In this document: in pieces, positions 1 through 13,116 of the stretch
Layout of the letters: each line of letters begins with the position of its first letter
Position numbering within the stretch: the stretch's first letter is position 1
DNA from: Lingula anatina
Taxonomy: Eukaryota; Animalia; Brachiopoda
Direction: 5' to 3'
Assembly: GCA_051362555.1 (NCBI GenBank)
Contig: CM120640.1
Coordinates: 15,624,001-15,688,000 of the forward strand
DNA: 64,000 bases
Program-made: the position numbers and the translations under genes
Notes under the pieces: model-generated
The model's input: the letters and a program-made list of their open reading frames with translations, nothing else
The model's database searches: none
What the model was told of the DNA's origin: nothing

Positions 1-659
1 TCGTGCCTGTTGGTCGATCTATCTGACAATTGTAATGTCTATAGGATCCAAAGTCATAGGTAAAAAAGTCAATTCTAGAAGTAAATAAAAATAATAATAT
101 GAATTTTGTAACATATAAGATCATAAGAAATATTGAACTGGAATTTGAGCGCCCGATATAAAGCAAGTTAAATTGAAGTATTAAAAAAGGTGTAAGTACT
201 GTCTACAATAATATAAATTTGTCGAACGTTTGACGGTGAATTTGGCGATAGGCCCTTATATCTTGACTTATGAAACAATGAAAAGGAGTTGCGTATGTGC
301 TTTTCAAATTTGATATATTGCTTTAACAAAAATAATGTATATGGCGCGGTTCCTTCATTTACGTTCACATGATAAAAAGACGATGTCTTGAAATGAAAAT
401 AGCATGTGTCATATCATCTAAATTAATATTTTGGCATATAAAAATACACATTGAGGATAACACTCTATGGGATCTCTTTGAGAATATTTGTACCCATAAC
501 TTAATTTGGCATATCAGAGTGGTTTATGTTAAAACTCTAATCTTACAACTACTTTGTTAACTATAAGCATTCAAAATTTGCAGGGCTCAGTGTTTTCGTC
601 AGTACAGGGAGCTAATTAAGGGAACGGACTTATCAATATATTTATTATTTGTCTTGCAG

Positions 660-3600
660 CTTCTTTTAGCAATGAAGGAACTGATTTTTATGTAGGATTT
701 ATGGACAATGATTATGGTGATGGTCGTGATATGTACCTGTACATGACGACTGGGTCTAACACACCGGCAGAAGTCACCGTCACAGCTCCGAAACAAGATA
801 CCAATTTTCGTAAAACAGCACAGGTAGCAAGGGGACAGAGTGTGAGAGTCTCCATACCAGCGAACTTCAAAGCCACAGGCAGTCAGGTGGAAAACAAGGG
901 TATTCACGTCATGTCTACCCAACCCATTTCACTGTATGGTCTGAATCAGGAGCAGGGGTCTGGAGATGCGTTCACTGCCATACCTGTGACTGGCCTTGGT
1001 TCAAGATATTCCGCCATTACATGGTCAAACCAAGGACAAATTCTTGTGGTTTCCACTCAAGACCGTACCGAAGTTACAATTAAGTTGCCAGGCAGAGCCA
1101 ATAGCGCCGTTACCTTCAACGGTGTAACGCACACTGGTTATGCCGTGTTCACAGTGACCATGTCAAGGTACCAAACCCTTCACCTCCAAAGCGATGATCT
1201 CACCGCCTCTCAGATTGAGGCTAACAGCGCTATTGCTGTGTTCTCTGGAAGCAAAAAGGTACAGATTGAAGGCACTATGACGTCCGATCATCTGGTTCAA
1301 CAGTTGACTCCATATGATGCTTGGGGCAAAGAGTTCCTAATTTCTGCTCCACCTAATTCACTGAAGTATAAAATGAAGATTGTGTCCCAAGACAGACATC
1401 CAAATATAGGTATGGTATACATTTCTGATGAGGGCTTTAGGGGTACATTTGTGACCGAATTTTACACCCCTGTCAGAGACTACACCAGTGCTATTCTCAG
1501 ACGCGTTTGGTCCGACTCTCCAATTCAAGTCGCCTTGTTTACACAATCCATGGATTCCTCAACAAATTTGATAGATGCCTCCATGATCATAGTTCCACCC
1601 GTCTACCAGTACAGATCTAGGTATACCTTCACCACATTGGGACAAACAGCTGCAGAGATGTTTAGTCACATGACAATCTATGTTGCCAATGATACAATAA
1701 ATGCCGGCACACTGAGGATGGATGGCCAACCCTTGACTATGTCTTTTACTAGAGTAGCGTCAACTAATTATTATGTGGGTTCGATGCCAGTATCACCTGG
1801 AGCTCATGAAATCTACAGCACTAATCCCTTGGCAAACTTTTACAGTCTCATAAGTGGATTCCATGCTAGTTCAAATGGTAACTACTATGTTACTTATCCT
1901 GCAGGGATGAACGTAGCCAAAAATACATTGGTGAGTTGGTTACTTCTTTCGGGTTGAAAAGTTTTTTTTTTTTCAGATTCGGGTAATACAATACATGCAC
2001 CACTCATAAATCGATGGTGTCGTCTTTTCTGCCTCTAAAATGAATAGTTGAAAAGAAAGATCGTCTTTCCTTTTTTAGTGTAATTTTGTTATATACTGTT
2101 AAGGACATTTTACTCCTTCAGGGGTGCAGTCCATTTGTGGGACAAAATATTGTAGCTGGAAATCAAGTTGATGAAGACTGTGACGGAAGAGTAGATGAGG
2201 AAATCAAAAATAATATCGACGGTAAGTTTCACGTCTTGTTGTGGTAAATTCTTCAGGGTGTTTAGTCTATATTTTATGATGGCTTTTTCCACATGAAACG
2301 CAGTTTTATCTTTAAAAATCGAGTTTTTCGTGGTTTAAAACAAGGTTTGTGTTAAATATTTTTACGAATATGAATATGTAAATTCACATCTATTAACCTC
2401 TGTGCTAATGTTGCAAATCAATTGAAGATGATGGGGATGGAAAAGCAGACGAAGATCTGTCTCTTCCACCGAGAGGTACGTATAGCTTTTTTGTCTATTT
2501 GTTGTGGACGTTTACTAAGTGTCAGGACCTCAGTTTAAGTATTCTTTTTAGTTTGGAAAACACCACTTATCATTTCTTACACTTGCAATAAAAGAATCTC
2601 CGGATTCAGGAACAATCTATCTTTAAAAATATATAAAACGATATAAACTGTGGAGTTGTAATAAATAAATATGGGCTCTCCATCCCTAGCAAATGGTAAC
2701 TGGGGACCCTGGGGTAGCTGGGAGGCGTGCAGTGTCACGTGTGAAAACGGGACCAAAAGCAGAAGAAGACTATGCAACAACCCAGAACCAACCAATGGTG
2801 GTCTCGCGTGCCCAGCTGATCTTCAGGGTGACACAGATACAGTACCATGTTCTTTACAACGGTGTCCAGGTATGAATATTTAATATGTGGACGAACTGTA
2901 TTTGTAAACTGTTTAATTTTGAATGAGAAACATGTCGACTGACAAGTAAAGAGATATGTTGCATCGTTATATGCAAAGTGCATACAAAGATATCATAAAA
3001 ATTTGCATGATACGTCAACTTTCCTATTACTTCAGTAGTTACATGTCAAGAAACGACCCCGCCCCCTCCCCTGTACATTGTTTCGTTTTATAGAATGTGA
3101 TCCAGCGGCGGCAGTAAGCTGCATTCCCAAACCCAATACTGTCTGCAGTGCCCATAGATTTTGTGAATGTGAGCCTGGATACAGAGACACCACCGGCCTC
3201 GGACAGTGTGTTAAACGTAAGTTTAATCGCAAGAAAGTACAAAATCATGCAGAGAACTATCACTGTTTAACTCATAATTATGGGACTGCTGATGAGATTT
3301 GATATGAGAAACAAGTAACTTTTCCCATTCCTTGCAAACGATCATTCTCTCGACTACCCTGCCAGAATATGGCTTATAGATAAATGAATGATTTTGTTAC
3401 GATGGTTTTGCTTCATAGCTGTTGATGAAAGGAGATGAAAAGAGGGGTTTTCTAATTCAAAATTTTCATGTTAAATGTTATGTTACCCCGTGACAATTTT
3501 TTTTCTTTTTTTTTTTCAACGTGTTAAAGCCCTATCATGCACGTTGTTTGTACAAAATTGCATTATTTCTCTCAGTTAAATGTGCTTTTTCTATTCAGTT

Positions 3601-6600
3601 TACCTAGCAATCTGAAAATTTATACAATGGCATCATTATTACCTCCGCCAAGGAGGTTTTGTTTTCACCCCTGTTTATCTGTTTGTTTGTTTGTTTGTTT
3701 GTCTGTCATCAACATAACATAACTCAAAAAGGTTTGGACCGATTTTGATGAAATTTTCAGGAACTGTCAGAAGTGGGCCAAGGAATAGATGATTAGGTGG
3801 TGATCCGGATCAATAATCAATCAATAATCAATAATATCGAAAATTTAGGGGTGAAACGGCATTGGGTGGAGACTTTGCTGCCTTGGCGGAGGTCTGCGCT
3901 CTCTGAGTGCTTTTCTAGTTGTACAAAGCCATCAAATGGGTAAGTTTTTCTATTTAAGCACACAATAAGTCGAGCACTCAATTTCTAGTGTCTCGGTATT
4001 ACAGGTAAAATAGGCCATACATGCGTTTTGAGCACCGACTGCAGTACTGTTGTGGACAACAGCAGATGCGTAGATGGGAGATGTGTGTGTTCCGTTGGCT
4101 ACAAACCAGGACCAGACAACACAGCTTGCGTACAGCTCACAGTTGGAGACGCGTGTACGTCAACTGACCAATGTGACGTGGTGATGGATCACGTGACCTG
4201 TGGGACCGGAAATACCTGTCAATGTAACCTTGGATACATAGCGACCAGTGGGCAGTCACAATGTCGAAAGAGAGTTGTAGGAGATAGTTGTTCAACGGAC
4301 GGCGATTGCAGCACTGCGGTAACAGGAAAGACTTGTTCGAGGTCTACCAGGCGCTGTACATGTGCCATAGGGTACCGCCCCAGTACAGATAGTACTTCCT
4401 GCTTGGCACGTAAGTGTACCACTAAAAGGCGCCACCAAAGTGTATATCTGGTTAATACCATAGAGATAGGCTACTAGATTTGATGTTTTTTCCTTGGCTA
4501 CTTAACAATTTTAATTAGCCGGTGTGAGGGGAATGGTAGTCCTAGGATTGGTAGTCTGAAGTCTCATATGATTAGAACAGGTTTGGGTTAATAAGAGTAT
4601 CGCAAACGTGTAAAGATGTTTATTCTGTCATATGTAATTTTTTACTGGGGTAAGTATATGCGACGAATATCACCTGTACAAAGTAACAGAAAACGAACTA
4701 TGGTTCATAGCAGACTACCATTCATGTCACGCCGGCATTCGTATGTCAGGTTTCAAGTCGGGTTCCAAAATAAACAAATAAAAAGCCAAAAAATTTATTT
4801 TCGATTTCATGAGTCTAAATCGCGCTTATATCATTGTCATGATTGGACACTATTTTAGGCCCTCTGAATGACCCATGTCAAAGTACAGGAGAGTGTTCAG
4901 CAATTTTGCCAGCAGGTAGCTCTGAGTGCAAATTGTACACAGAGGGGATGAAGCGATGCATCTGTAGCGATAGTTACCAGGCCTACCCAACTACAAGACT
5001 CGACACCTAAGGATCCTGAATTAACCGGTATATCGGACCACACTACCCGTTTTCAAGGTGTGTGTCAGATCGCATTTCGGAGTATCAGCCAGAACACCGA
5101 CAGGATGAGCCCTGGCATGCTCGGCTGTCACCTTGATTGGATAGTAAACGATTGTCGTAAAATCGCTATATGATTTTAAAACCGGGTGCATAAATTTGAA
5201 AGCCACCTAGATGCACCTTAGACTGCCACATTAATCTAATACAATGCAAAAAAGCCCTATAAAAAGTGGTTAAAACATTCAAACCGAATGTCGTAAAGTC
5301 CCCATATATCCCCATAGAGACAATAAAATAGAGTACTCTAAAGTAAGAGTACAGTTTAAGGTTGTTCAGCCGAGCTTGGATGAGCCCGCAGCCGTGCTAC
5401 AAAATTTGTTCTGGGGTATGATACTCCGAAATGCGATCTGACACACACCTTGAAAACGGGTAGCGTGGTCCGATATACCGGTTAATTCAGGATCCTTAGG
5501 TGCCGAGTCTGGTAGTTGGGTAGGCCTGGTTACAGGGAGTTCAACTCCACACAATGCAGACGTGCTAAAATTAACGACATCTGCGAAACGCCGCGAAGTA
5601 CGACGATGTGTACCGACCCCATTCCTCACAGTGAATGTTCGGATTCCAGTTGTGTGTGCAAGGCAGGTTATATGGTATCCGCAGACCTAGCGAGCTGTAC
5701 TAAACGTGTCATCGGTTCACCGAGTTTGACCAATAATGACTGTCAAGCAGCTGTAGTGGACAGTTTGTGTTTTGACGGAACTTGTATCTGCATGCAAGGA
5801 TACAAATATACCTCTGCCGAGAGTGCATGTATTAAACGTAAGGTCAATTGCCACTAACGTAAATCACCGAAATATTTAATATTGGTGAGACGATTATTTT
5901 TGCTAAAGTCAAAAATGAATTATTTGCATTTCGTGACGATAAAATGTGGCAATACAACATGCGGTATGGCCTATGTACCACGAGGGCATGAAGTCACTGT
6001 GCCAAACCTTGGAATTTTCTAACTAAATAAAGTCTAATGCATTGTTACCTTGTCATCTTTGTATTAAGATATATGTGTGTGTTCTATTAATATTGAAATG
6101 CAACCCGGACAGCGGACTCTGAGTCCCGTCATAGCTTTAGCGAAATTTAGAATCCGGATATGATATAAAGTCCGGGGGACTTTATATTTTGCCCGGACTC
6201 TACGTTTCACAATCTATCGCAGAGACCCTCTTTTTCGATGTGGGTCCTCAGTTTCAGAAACCAGGGGTCCGGAGCTGAAACTGAGGGTCCGGACTTTCAG
6301 TCACATCGGACTCTTATTCCCGTCACACCGGCAGCCCCGTTTTGTTGGAATATTTCGCACCAACCAATGGGATTTAAACGCCACATTTACATTCACATAC
6401 AGCCTTATTTAATCTAATTGCTGATATTTTCTCTTTGCTAGCCATTCGTGGTGACCCCTGCAACGTGACCGAGGATTGCCCCACTTGTGAAGTGGGAAAT
6501 GCTGATACCACCAATGACACAGTATGCAGAACTAACACAAGGAAACGGTGCTCAGACGACGGCAACTGTACGGCTGGCTCGACGCTAAGCTTTGAATGTC

Positions 6601-7805
6601 ATCCGTATCTAAAAGTTTGTGACTGTCCACTTGGTTTCCATTCTGTACAAGAAGAATACTGTGTTAAACTGAAAATAGGGAGCATTACATGTTACAGGGC
6701 CGCTGACTGCAGAGAGGCAGTACAGCATAGCACGTGTACGGAGAGTGGTTGTGAATGCATGGAGGGTTACCAGCCTTCAGCTGACATGACAGTGTGTACT
6801 GAAGGCAAGTTTGACTTACCCCACTCACGTACTGTAGTTCAAAGGTGGATGAACTCCCAACGTTGCCCCAAAGAAGGAGACGCGTTATGTTCGTTGATAA
6901 TTCTGGTATTTTGTCGCTTTTTGAACGCTCTTCACAGAGTAACTACATATCTTACCAGTGTCTCACTGATGATGCACCGATTTGGTGAACCTTTCGATAC
7001 ACACTTCTTAAAATCGACCGAATCTGGGCATAAGTAAGTTCAGCATCTGTACTATATTTCATGGTGACATTTGGGACGAAGAAAGCCAAGATATGTAGTT
7101 TCTCGATTCAAATATTATTTTAAGTCTGTATATGAGAAAGAGACTAAATGCTATGGATATCAACGAACATCCGTCTTGAAAGTTCAACCCCCTTGTATTT
7201 TGGATAAGGCCTACCGAACTCGATCTTGCAAAATGAAAAGATTCCTTGCATTCGCCCAAAAGGTGGTTTACATATTTATTTCTAATTGAATGCCATATCG
7301 TTATCAGATGAATAAATCCCCTATATAATGCAGATTACTAAGTTTTTGAAATATGTATGTGAAATCGTATTTTCATTTTTGTGAACGATACGATATTCAA
7401 ATGTATAAAGTATACCTACAGTTTCTGTTTAAAATTGATAACCTTTAATGATTTTCATTCATTTTAGAATACATGTATCAGGTACCTGTCATCCCAGTCG
7501 TCAGTGCCTCGGTGGCAGTAGTGGTGTGGGGCATACTAGCTGGGGCTGCCGTCTACGTCAGAAACCGTAGAAAGCGCACTCCTGCTGCACAGGATAATCA
7601 CTTCACGGTATCGGAACCCACACCAGAGACAGCCGCCTTAGACAGGCATGCACCTTACACGTCTTTGTCTGTGGAGGCGGTGGCATTCCAGTCGGGTGCC
7701 GCATCTAATGAAACCGATGGTTTTGCGCCTTATGTGGAAATGACGTCACCTCAATACGTAAATGCACACATCAATTTTATTAACACAAGTGATGCTTTGC
7801 GGTAG
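660..7805 (+). CDS. Type-I membrane protein: IgGFc-binding-protein N-terminal domain, acidic DxDCDGxxDE repeat, TSP1 repeat, multiple EB-like Cys-rich repeats, TM helix, Tyr-motif tail. 5' exon(s) not found; this haplotype is interrupted by a MITE
   Basis: Exons 660-1930 (SNEGTDFYVGFMDN... IgGFcBP-type), 2122-2221 and 2428-2475 (DEDCDGRVDEE...DDDGDGKADED), 2690-2869 (WGPWGSWEACSVTC, TSP1), 3094-3216, 4005-4409, 4859-4977 + 5534-5837 (split by MITE), 6442-6804, 7468-7805 (TM VVSASVAVVVWGILAGAAVYV then RNRRKR). Splice phases are mutually consistent. Confidence 0.8.
3636..3920 (+). mobile_element. Non-autonomous Helentron-associated element (HINE/DINE-like)
   Basis: Subterminal inverted repeats CCTCCGCCAAGG (3642) and CCTTGGCGGAGG (3881), internal (GTTT)n microsatellite, short 3' hairpin, terminal CTAGTT. 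Confidence 0.75.
4518..4736. mobile_element. Small MITE with imperfect ~25-bp TIRs (GCCGGTGTGA...)
   Basis: Left GCCGGTGTGAGGGGAATGGTAGTC; right end reverse-complements to GCCGGCGTGACATGAATGGTAGTC. No clear TSD. Confidence 0.55.
4978..5528. mobile_element. 551-bp MITE, 110-bp TIRs, 5-bp TSD (GTTAC), inserted in a coding exon
   Basis: TIRs 4978-5087 and 5419-5528 are near-perfect (CAGGCCTACCCAACTAC...). GTTAC at 4973-4977 and 5529-5533. Confidence 0.92.
6100..6332. repeat. Partial element related to the 4518-4736 MITE, with GTCCGGA/CCGGAC subrepeats
   Basis: Ends in TCCCGTCACACCGGC, the reverse complement of GCCGGTGTGACGGGA. Repeated CCGGAC motifs; left end not intact. Confidence 0.45.
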
Positions 7806-7991
7806 TTAGGTTGACTTTTGAATTTTAAGTGTATAGAAAATTGTTATGTAGACGACATGGGCCTTCCGACAAACGCTCAGAATTTTCTTGATCTACATGT
7901 ACGTACTTTCGTAGGGTTGATTGTTTGAAAGACTGAAGAAAACTATTAGTCAAAATTATTCCATAGCTTTGGTGCATATATATCATAAGTA

Positions 7992-8839
7992 CGGAGCTTT
8001 GTTAGTATCATATTAACTTTTTCTATTTTCATTTAAGTTTTATTTTATGGAATTTTCACCGCGGTGAAAATAATTATCACCGCGGTGGAAAATAATTTTC
8101 ACCGCGGTGGTAATTCCTGGCCATCTCGGCCCGGGTGATGAATAGGTAATGAGAACCTTACATTTGCCAGATTCCGTCACGGTGCATGCTATTGTTACAT
8201 ACACACAAGGTTGGTGGATCCGTTCGTGGGGCCACTGCCGTTAACTTAAGTTTCCCATCTATATTTACCACCTATATAATTAAAGTCCCGCTTGCAGTTT
8301 TATGCAAAGGGAATCCCATTGTTATTACTAAATACTTAACGTTATTTTTGGACAATGTATTTTTAAATATTTTTTATGATGTGTTTCTTAGATCTTATCT
8401 TAATGGATGTAATCTCGGTTTCTTCGGAAAGGTTTCTTTCTACCAATATTCCCAATAATACGCAAGTTATTATAAAGGGAAAAGCCACGTACAACATTGC
8501 AGCATTTCGGTGATTTTTAATCTATTCGAATACTGCCCGCTTCCTCCAGATTCCTGGGATGATTGGCACATAGACGGTTAAACCGCGTGCATGTGCATGT
8601 GCTTGTCTTTATCAACGTCCTTTCCAGACATCTGGTAAATGTTGGATTCGTATAACCTACATGTATGCATTACCCGGGCCGAGATGGCCAGGAATTACCA
8701 CCGCGGTGAAAATTATTTTCCACCCCGGTGTAAATTATTTTTCACCACGGTGAAAATAATTTTCACCGCGGTGAAAATTCCATAACATAAAACTTAAATG
8801 AAAATAAAAAAAAGTTAATATGATACTAACAAAGCTCCG
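7992..8839. mobile_element. TA-flanked (Tc1/mariner-type) MITE with ~155-bp TIRs containing palindromic subrepeats
   Basis: TA|CGGAGCTTTGTTAGTATCATATTAAC ... GTTAATATGATACTAACAAAGCTCCG|TA. Each arm has 3-4 copies of TTTCACCGCGGTGAAA. Confidence 0.85.
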
Positions 8840-10180
8840 TACATAAAAGCCCGTTCACTATTAAAATTGTTAGAGAGAGGGAGAGAGAACATCGTGAAAG
8901 GATGTCACTTCCGTGTTATTACTTACTCGTACTGTCGTGCTTGCGTAATATTGTTTAAACATATACTTGACAAATGGCAGCGGTCGGCAACAGTCCTCGT
9001 TTTTATGTGGTCCAATGTCAGATTTTGGACTTAAATAAGAGCCTACTACGTTGCGTTTCACAAAGAATCTGACGCCTGTTTTTATTTTATTTATTTTATT
9101 AGCCCCTTTAGCATGTTGAAATTGTCTTGAGGAAGCCCTCAACTCTCAGAGGTGAAAGTAGTCTATTTGTACATGTCAGGTACATGGGTTGTTGGCCAAT
9201 AATTTTTAGGTTCTTTGACCAATATTGCAATGTGGACAATATTTGTTACATGTGAATCTTTAATTACTTTAATGACTGAATAAATTATTTTCTTATTTTG
9301 GGTACAAATTGGCTTTCCGATTTGGGCAGTTTAAACTTAGTCAAAGAACTAAAGGTTTGTGAAGCAGGCCTCTCTGGTTATCTAACACTTTCAGCACTAA
9401 TGAAACTCCTAGCGTATGGAAACAAAACATGATAACGTGTTATAACAAGATCCTCTGCAACTCCCAACATTACAATTTTATTCCCATAACGAAAGAAGAA
9501 ACATTACTATATGGAAGACCTCAGAGATCAAAAAGCGAGAAAGAAACAATTATCAAAAGTGTCATGACAGTAAGCTACAGGTATGCTGTGCACTTATATA
9601 ATAGTCATAATAAGTAAAACAATTCAGAATTTGAGAGCTATGTACATTTTAATATATCTAATGTTGACCAACTTATCAGCATGGATTGGGGCAGAGGGGG
9701 GGGGGGGTTAAGTGCTCACTGCTTTGTCCCAATTATTCTAGTAACTTGTGGTCAATGAAAGTAAATATAGTAATACAGATAATAATAATATTCAGACAAA
9801 AATACTCCAATGGCCCAAAGAGATTGAACACATTATGGCACAAGTTTTGAATATTTTAGATATAAAAAATTGGGTGCTCATATAAAAACATAAAAACAAA
9901 TACAAAAACTTGTATAATTGTGGTAAATCATAAATCACGAAACTGATGAGAATACTTTCCAAGTAAAATCAAGTATATCTCACAAAGTGACCCATATATC
10001 ATCAAACTTTCTCTTGCCACTGGACATACTGCAAAATTGGCATAGAACTGTATTTTGAGAAACTGTGAGCAGGAAGACAAATGACAAGTGTTTCACTTTA
10101 AATGTGTGCGCAATAACATGACTATGTATCCATTGCATTCAACAATCCTCTTGAGGCAAATTTCAACAAATGCTGCTGTC

Positions 10181-13116
10181 TTAAATCTTCAACTTTTCAA
10201 ACTCCTTATCAGTAAGAAGTTTCCAAGGATATCCCATGCACCTGGAAATTTCCTTCTGCAACAGTTCATATGACTGAGATTTCTTTTTCAAATCGGCATA
10301 ATACTCATCAGACCATTCAAGAGTTTTCGGCCAATCAGTTTTCTTGAGAACTGCATTCTGCCGGACATAGAGCTTTTGCAACTTCTTTGCCTGTGAAGCC
10401 ACCAGGAGCAGCGTCATGGATGAGATCCTCTCCCGAATTATGAGCATCCTCAGTTCAGGGCACTGTCTGACCAGCATCAGCACAAGGCCATCGCAGCGTT
10501 CGTGGAAGGATCTGGAGCCATGAGTTCTGGGCAGCCCCTTCTGGGCGTATAACCTCAATGTTTTTCGGTAATGGTCTGTGATCATCATGACTGCATCTGG
10601 GGTCATTTTCAGATATGGTGAATCATAGACGATGGAGGTCACGGGTGCGCGAGGTTGGAAAAGGATTTCCTCGCGCGTCCCACCACGTGCCTCAAGTCGC
10701 ACCTGCAGGCGAGGAGACATCTGCTTGACCTCAAACCAAGTCTGGCTGTTTATGGGGGCCACACCATCTGTATGCCTGTCTTGTACAATATGAATGTCTG
10801 TCAGAGAAGTGCTGGCCAGCATGGCTATCACATCACTACTCAGGTGCTGTGGACTGATGATGAGCTTCTGTAAAGACATGAACATCCCTGCATAAAACAT
10901 TGGGTATGATCCTTTGGTGCAATTCACTATTTCCAGAACCTTCAGAGTCTCTGCACAGTTTTCAAGAACGCTTTCTAAGAGCCCTGGCGCCTCTTTTTTG
11001 TCTAGTAGTAATTGATTCAGGGTCAATTCTTCCAGATTTTTCATGTTACCCAGCAACCTTTTCAACTCTTCCAGAATCTTCCCTCCAGTTCCGTGCACAG
11101 TTACGCCTGAGAAGCCGCGGTTTTCACAACCGAAGTTAAAATGAAAGCCATGGAGAAGTGGCATAGGATACTCCTCATAGAACTCCAAAAATGCTGACAA
11201 CACTGTCATGAAGGCATACAAATTGTAATAGTCTGATATGGGTTTAATAGTTATCTTTTTGAAAAATTCCCCAACTCTATCCAAACACATCTTGGCTTTG
11301 TACTGGCTGAGGGTGTACATGTAGGAATTGCGATATGGGCGCATGCGTCTTCTTGTGAGGGTTCTCTCTCCCAGTACAAAATGCTCCCATACTTTAGATG
11401 AATAAAAGAGGTCATACCAATGGCGACAGACCATGGAGCAATAGTAGCGCTGTTTGTATGTCAGTTTGGAGTATACCTCCTCCAGTAGGACATCTGGTAG
11501 CTCTGACCAGCACATCTTCTCGTATTCTTCACCTGAGAATATCAACATGAAATAAAGAGCTGTTGAAACTGTTACATGCTCAGTATGTTATAATGAGAAT
11601 TATGATTTTTTTTTTAAAGTGTCCAGATCAATTTTAATGGTATGGTTTCTGTGGAAACAAGTAAAAAAACTTAACAGTTATCCATTAAAACATTAACATG
11701 TGTCTTTTATGTCAATGGTAATAGTGACTTCCCTTTCTTTCTTATTTTGTAGAAACAACTCAAATAAATATCAACAGTAATTTGTTAAACACTTTGCGTT
11801 ATCACTACAAATTGTGATGTCCATATTTTCTTCCCTTTGGAAATAACTTCAAGTCACAAACAATTTCATGCACACTGCTATTCATATACATATGTGCAAC
11901 TATCATTCTATAAGTGTGAGCAATGTTATCTTGAACTTTATACCTGGACACAGAACTGTTCTGCTGGCATTGATTCAGTTATCTAATAGGCACACTGCTT
12001 GCCTTCTGTACAAAACTCCACACACTCAGGTATACAAGATAGGTTATAAAAACTTTCCCCAAGTTATTATTTGAATCATATTGCTCTTGGGTTATTTCGT
12101 GTATTGATTTTTTACCTTATATAAACAATCCATATTTCAGAAAATATTTATGAGGTTGTTTCAGTGGTTATGTCAAATTTTGGATCAAAGTTTCAGGACC
12201 ACAAAAACAGTTATCATACAAGTTGATCATCAACTTTATTAAATTGTCATTGCATGAAAAATACACTGATGAACATACTAGTAACTACAATGACTGTTTA
12301 TACTTTTTGTTAGCAAATTCTTTTTATCACTTCAATCAAACATTACAACATTTTCCTAGACAGATGTTTTAGATGAGCTTTACAGTAAGGCCGCATTCAG
12401 ATACAGGTGTTTTTAGAAGGTGTGGAACATTTGACACACCACAGGGACTGTAATAAGATACAACCAAGTCAAAAATGTTTGGCATAAGTACATGTAAAGC
12501 AATCTAATTAAGGAGAATCGGCCTTTACAATCAAATATCAGGTAACATGTTAAGACACTGATGCACATTAACTGTTTCTCACTAACCTGTATGATGCGTC
12601 TTTCTAGGATAACAGTACACATCAAATGTGTCTCTTTCAAAACTATGCTTCTGTTTCTAATTAAATTCTATGCAAGATACACCTTGGAATTTCCTACTGG
12701 GCATTTCTTCTCATAAAATACAATGAAGATCATATATCTTCACATGATTCTGTACACCCAAAATTGTAAACAGAATTGTATATAGTTTATGCATGGCACT
12801 GCAGTAATTTGCATCAACCTTTTGCTTTGTACCTTGCTTTGTTTATCTGAAGCTGAAGGGAGCTTTCTTTTATATAGAGTGATTACTGCGCAGTAGCTGA
12901 CTCTGTGCAAGGGCTCCCGAAGGGCAGCTATAAATAAACCAATGCATACATAGCCGTCATATAGATCTATAGAACAGATTCCGCACAGCCTTACCTGGAC
13001 TGTAGAGCTAAAATAAATGTGGATAGTAAGTATAAGTACCATGCAGTCTGCCGACGATGGTACTGCTGGTAGTTTTGTGGTTAATTAAGCTACCAAATCT
13101 TACCCTGCTGCACCAT
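10181..13116 (-). CDS. F-box protein with LRR-like C-terminal region (FBXO39/FBXL-like)
   Basis: Main exon 10181-11532 with F-box WSELPDVLLEEVYSKLTYKQRYYCSMVCRHWYDLFYSSKVW followed by LxxLxL repeats. Putative first coding exon 13104-13116 (ATG GTG CAG CAG G|GTAAG) is phase-compatible. Confidence 0.8.

Noticed and set aside
8905-9075. ETS/YY1-like motifs and a 32-codon ORF (MAAVGNSPRF...)
   Set aside because: No splice donor, downstream exons or recognisable homology; cannot be supported as a gene.
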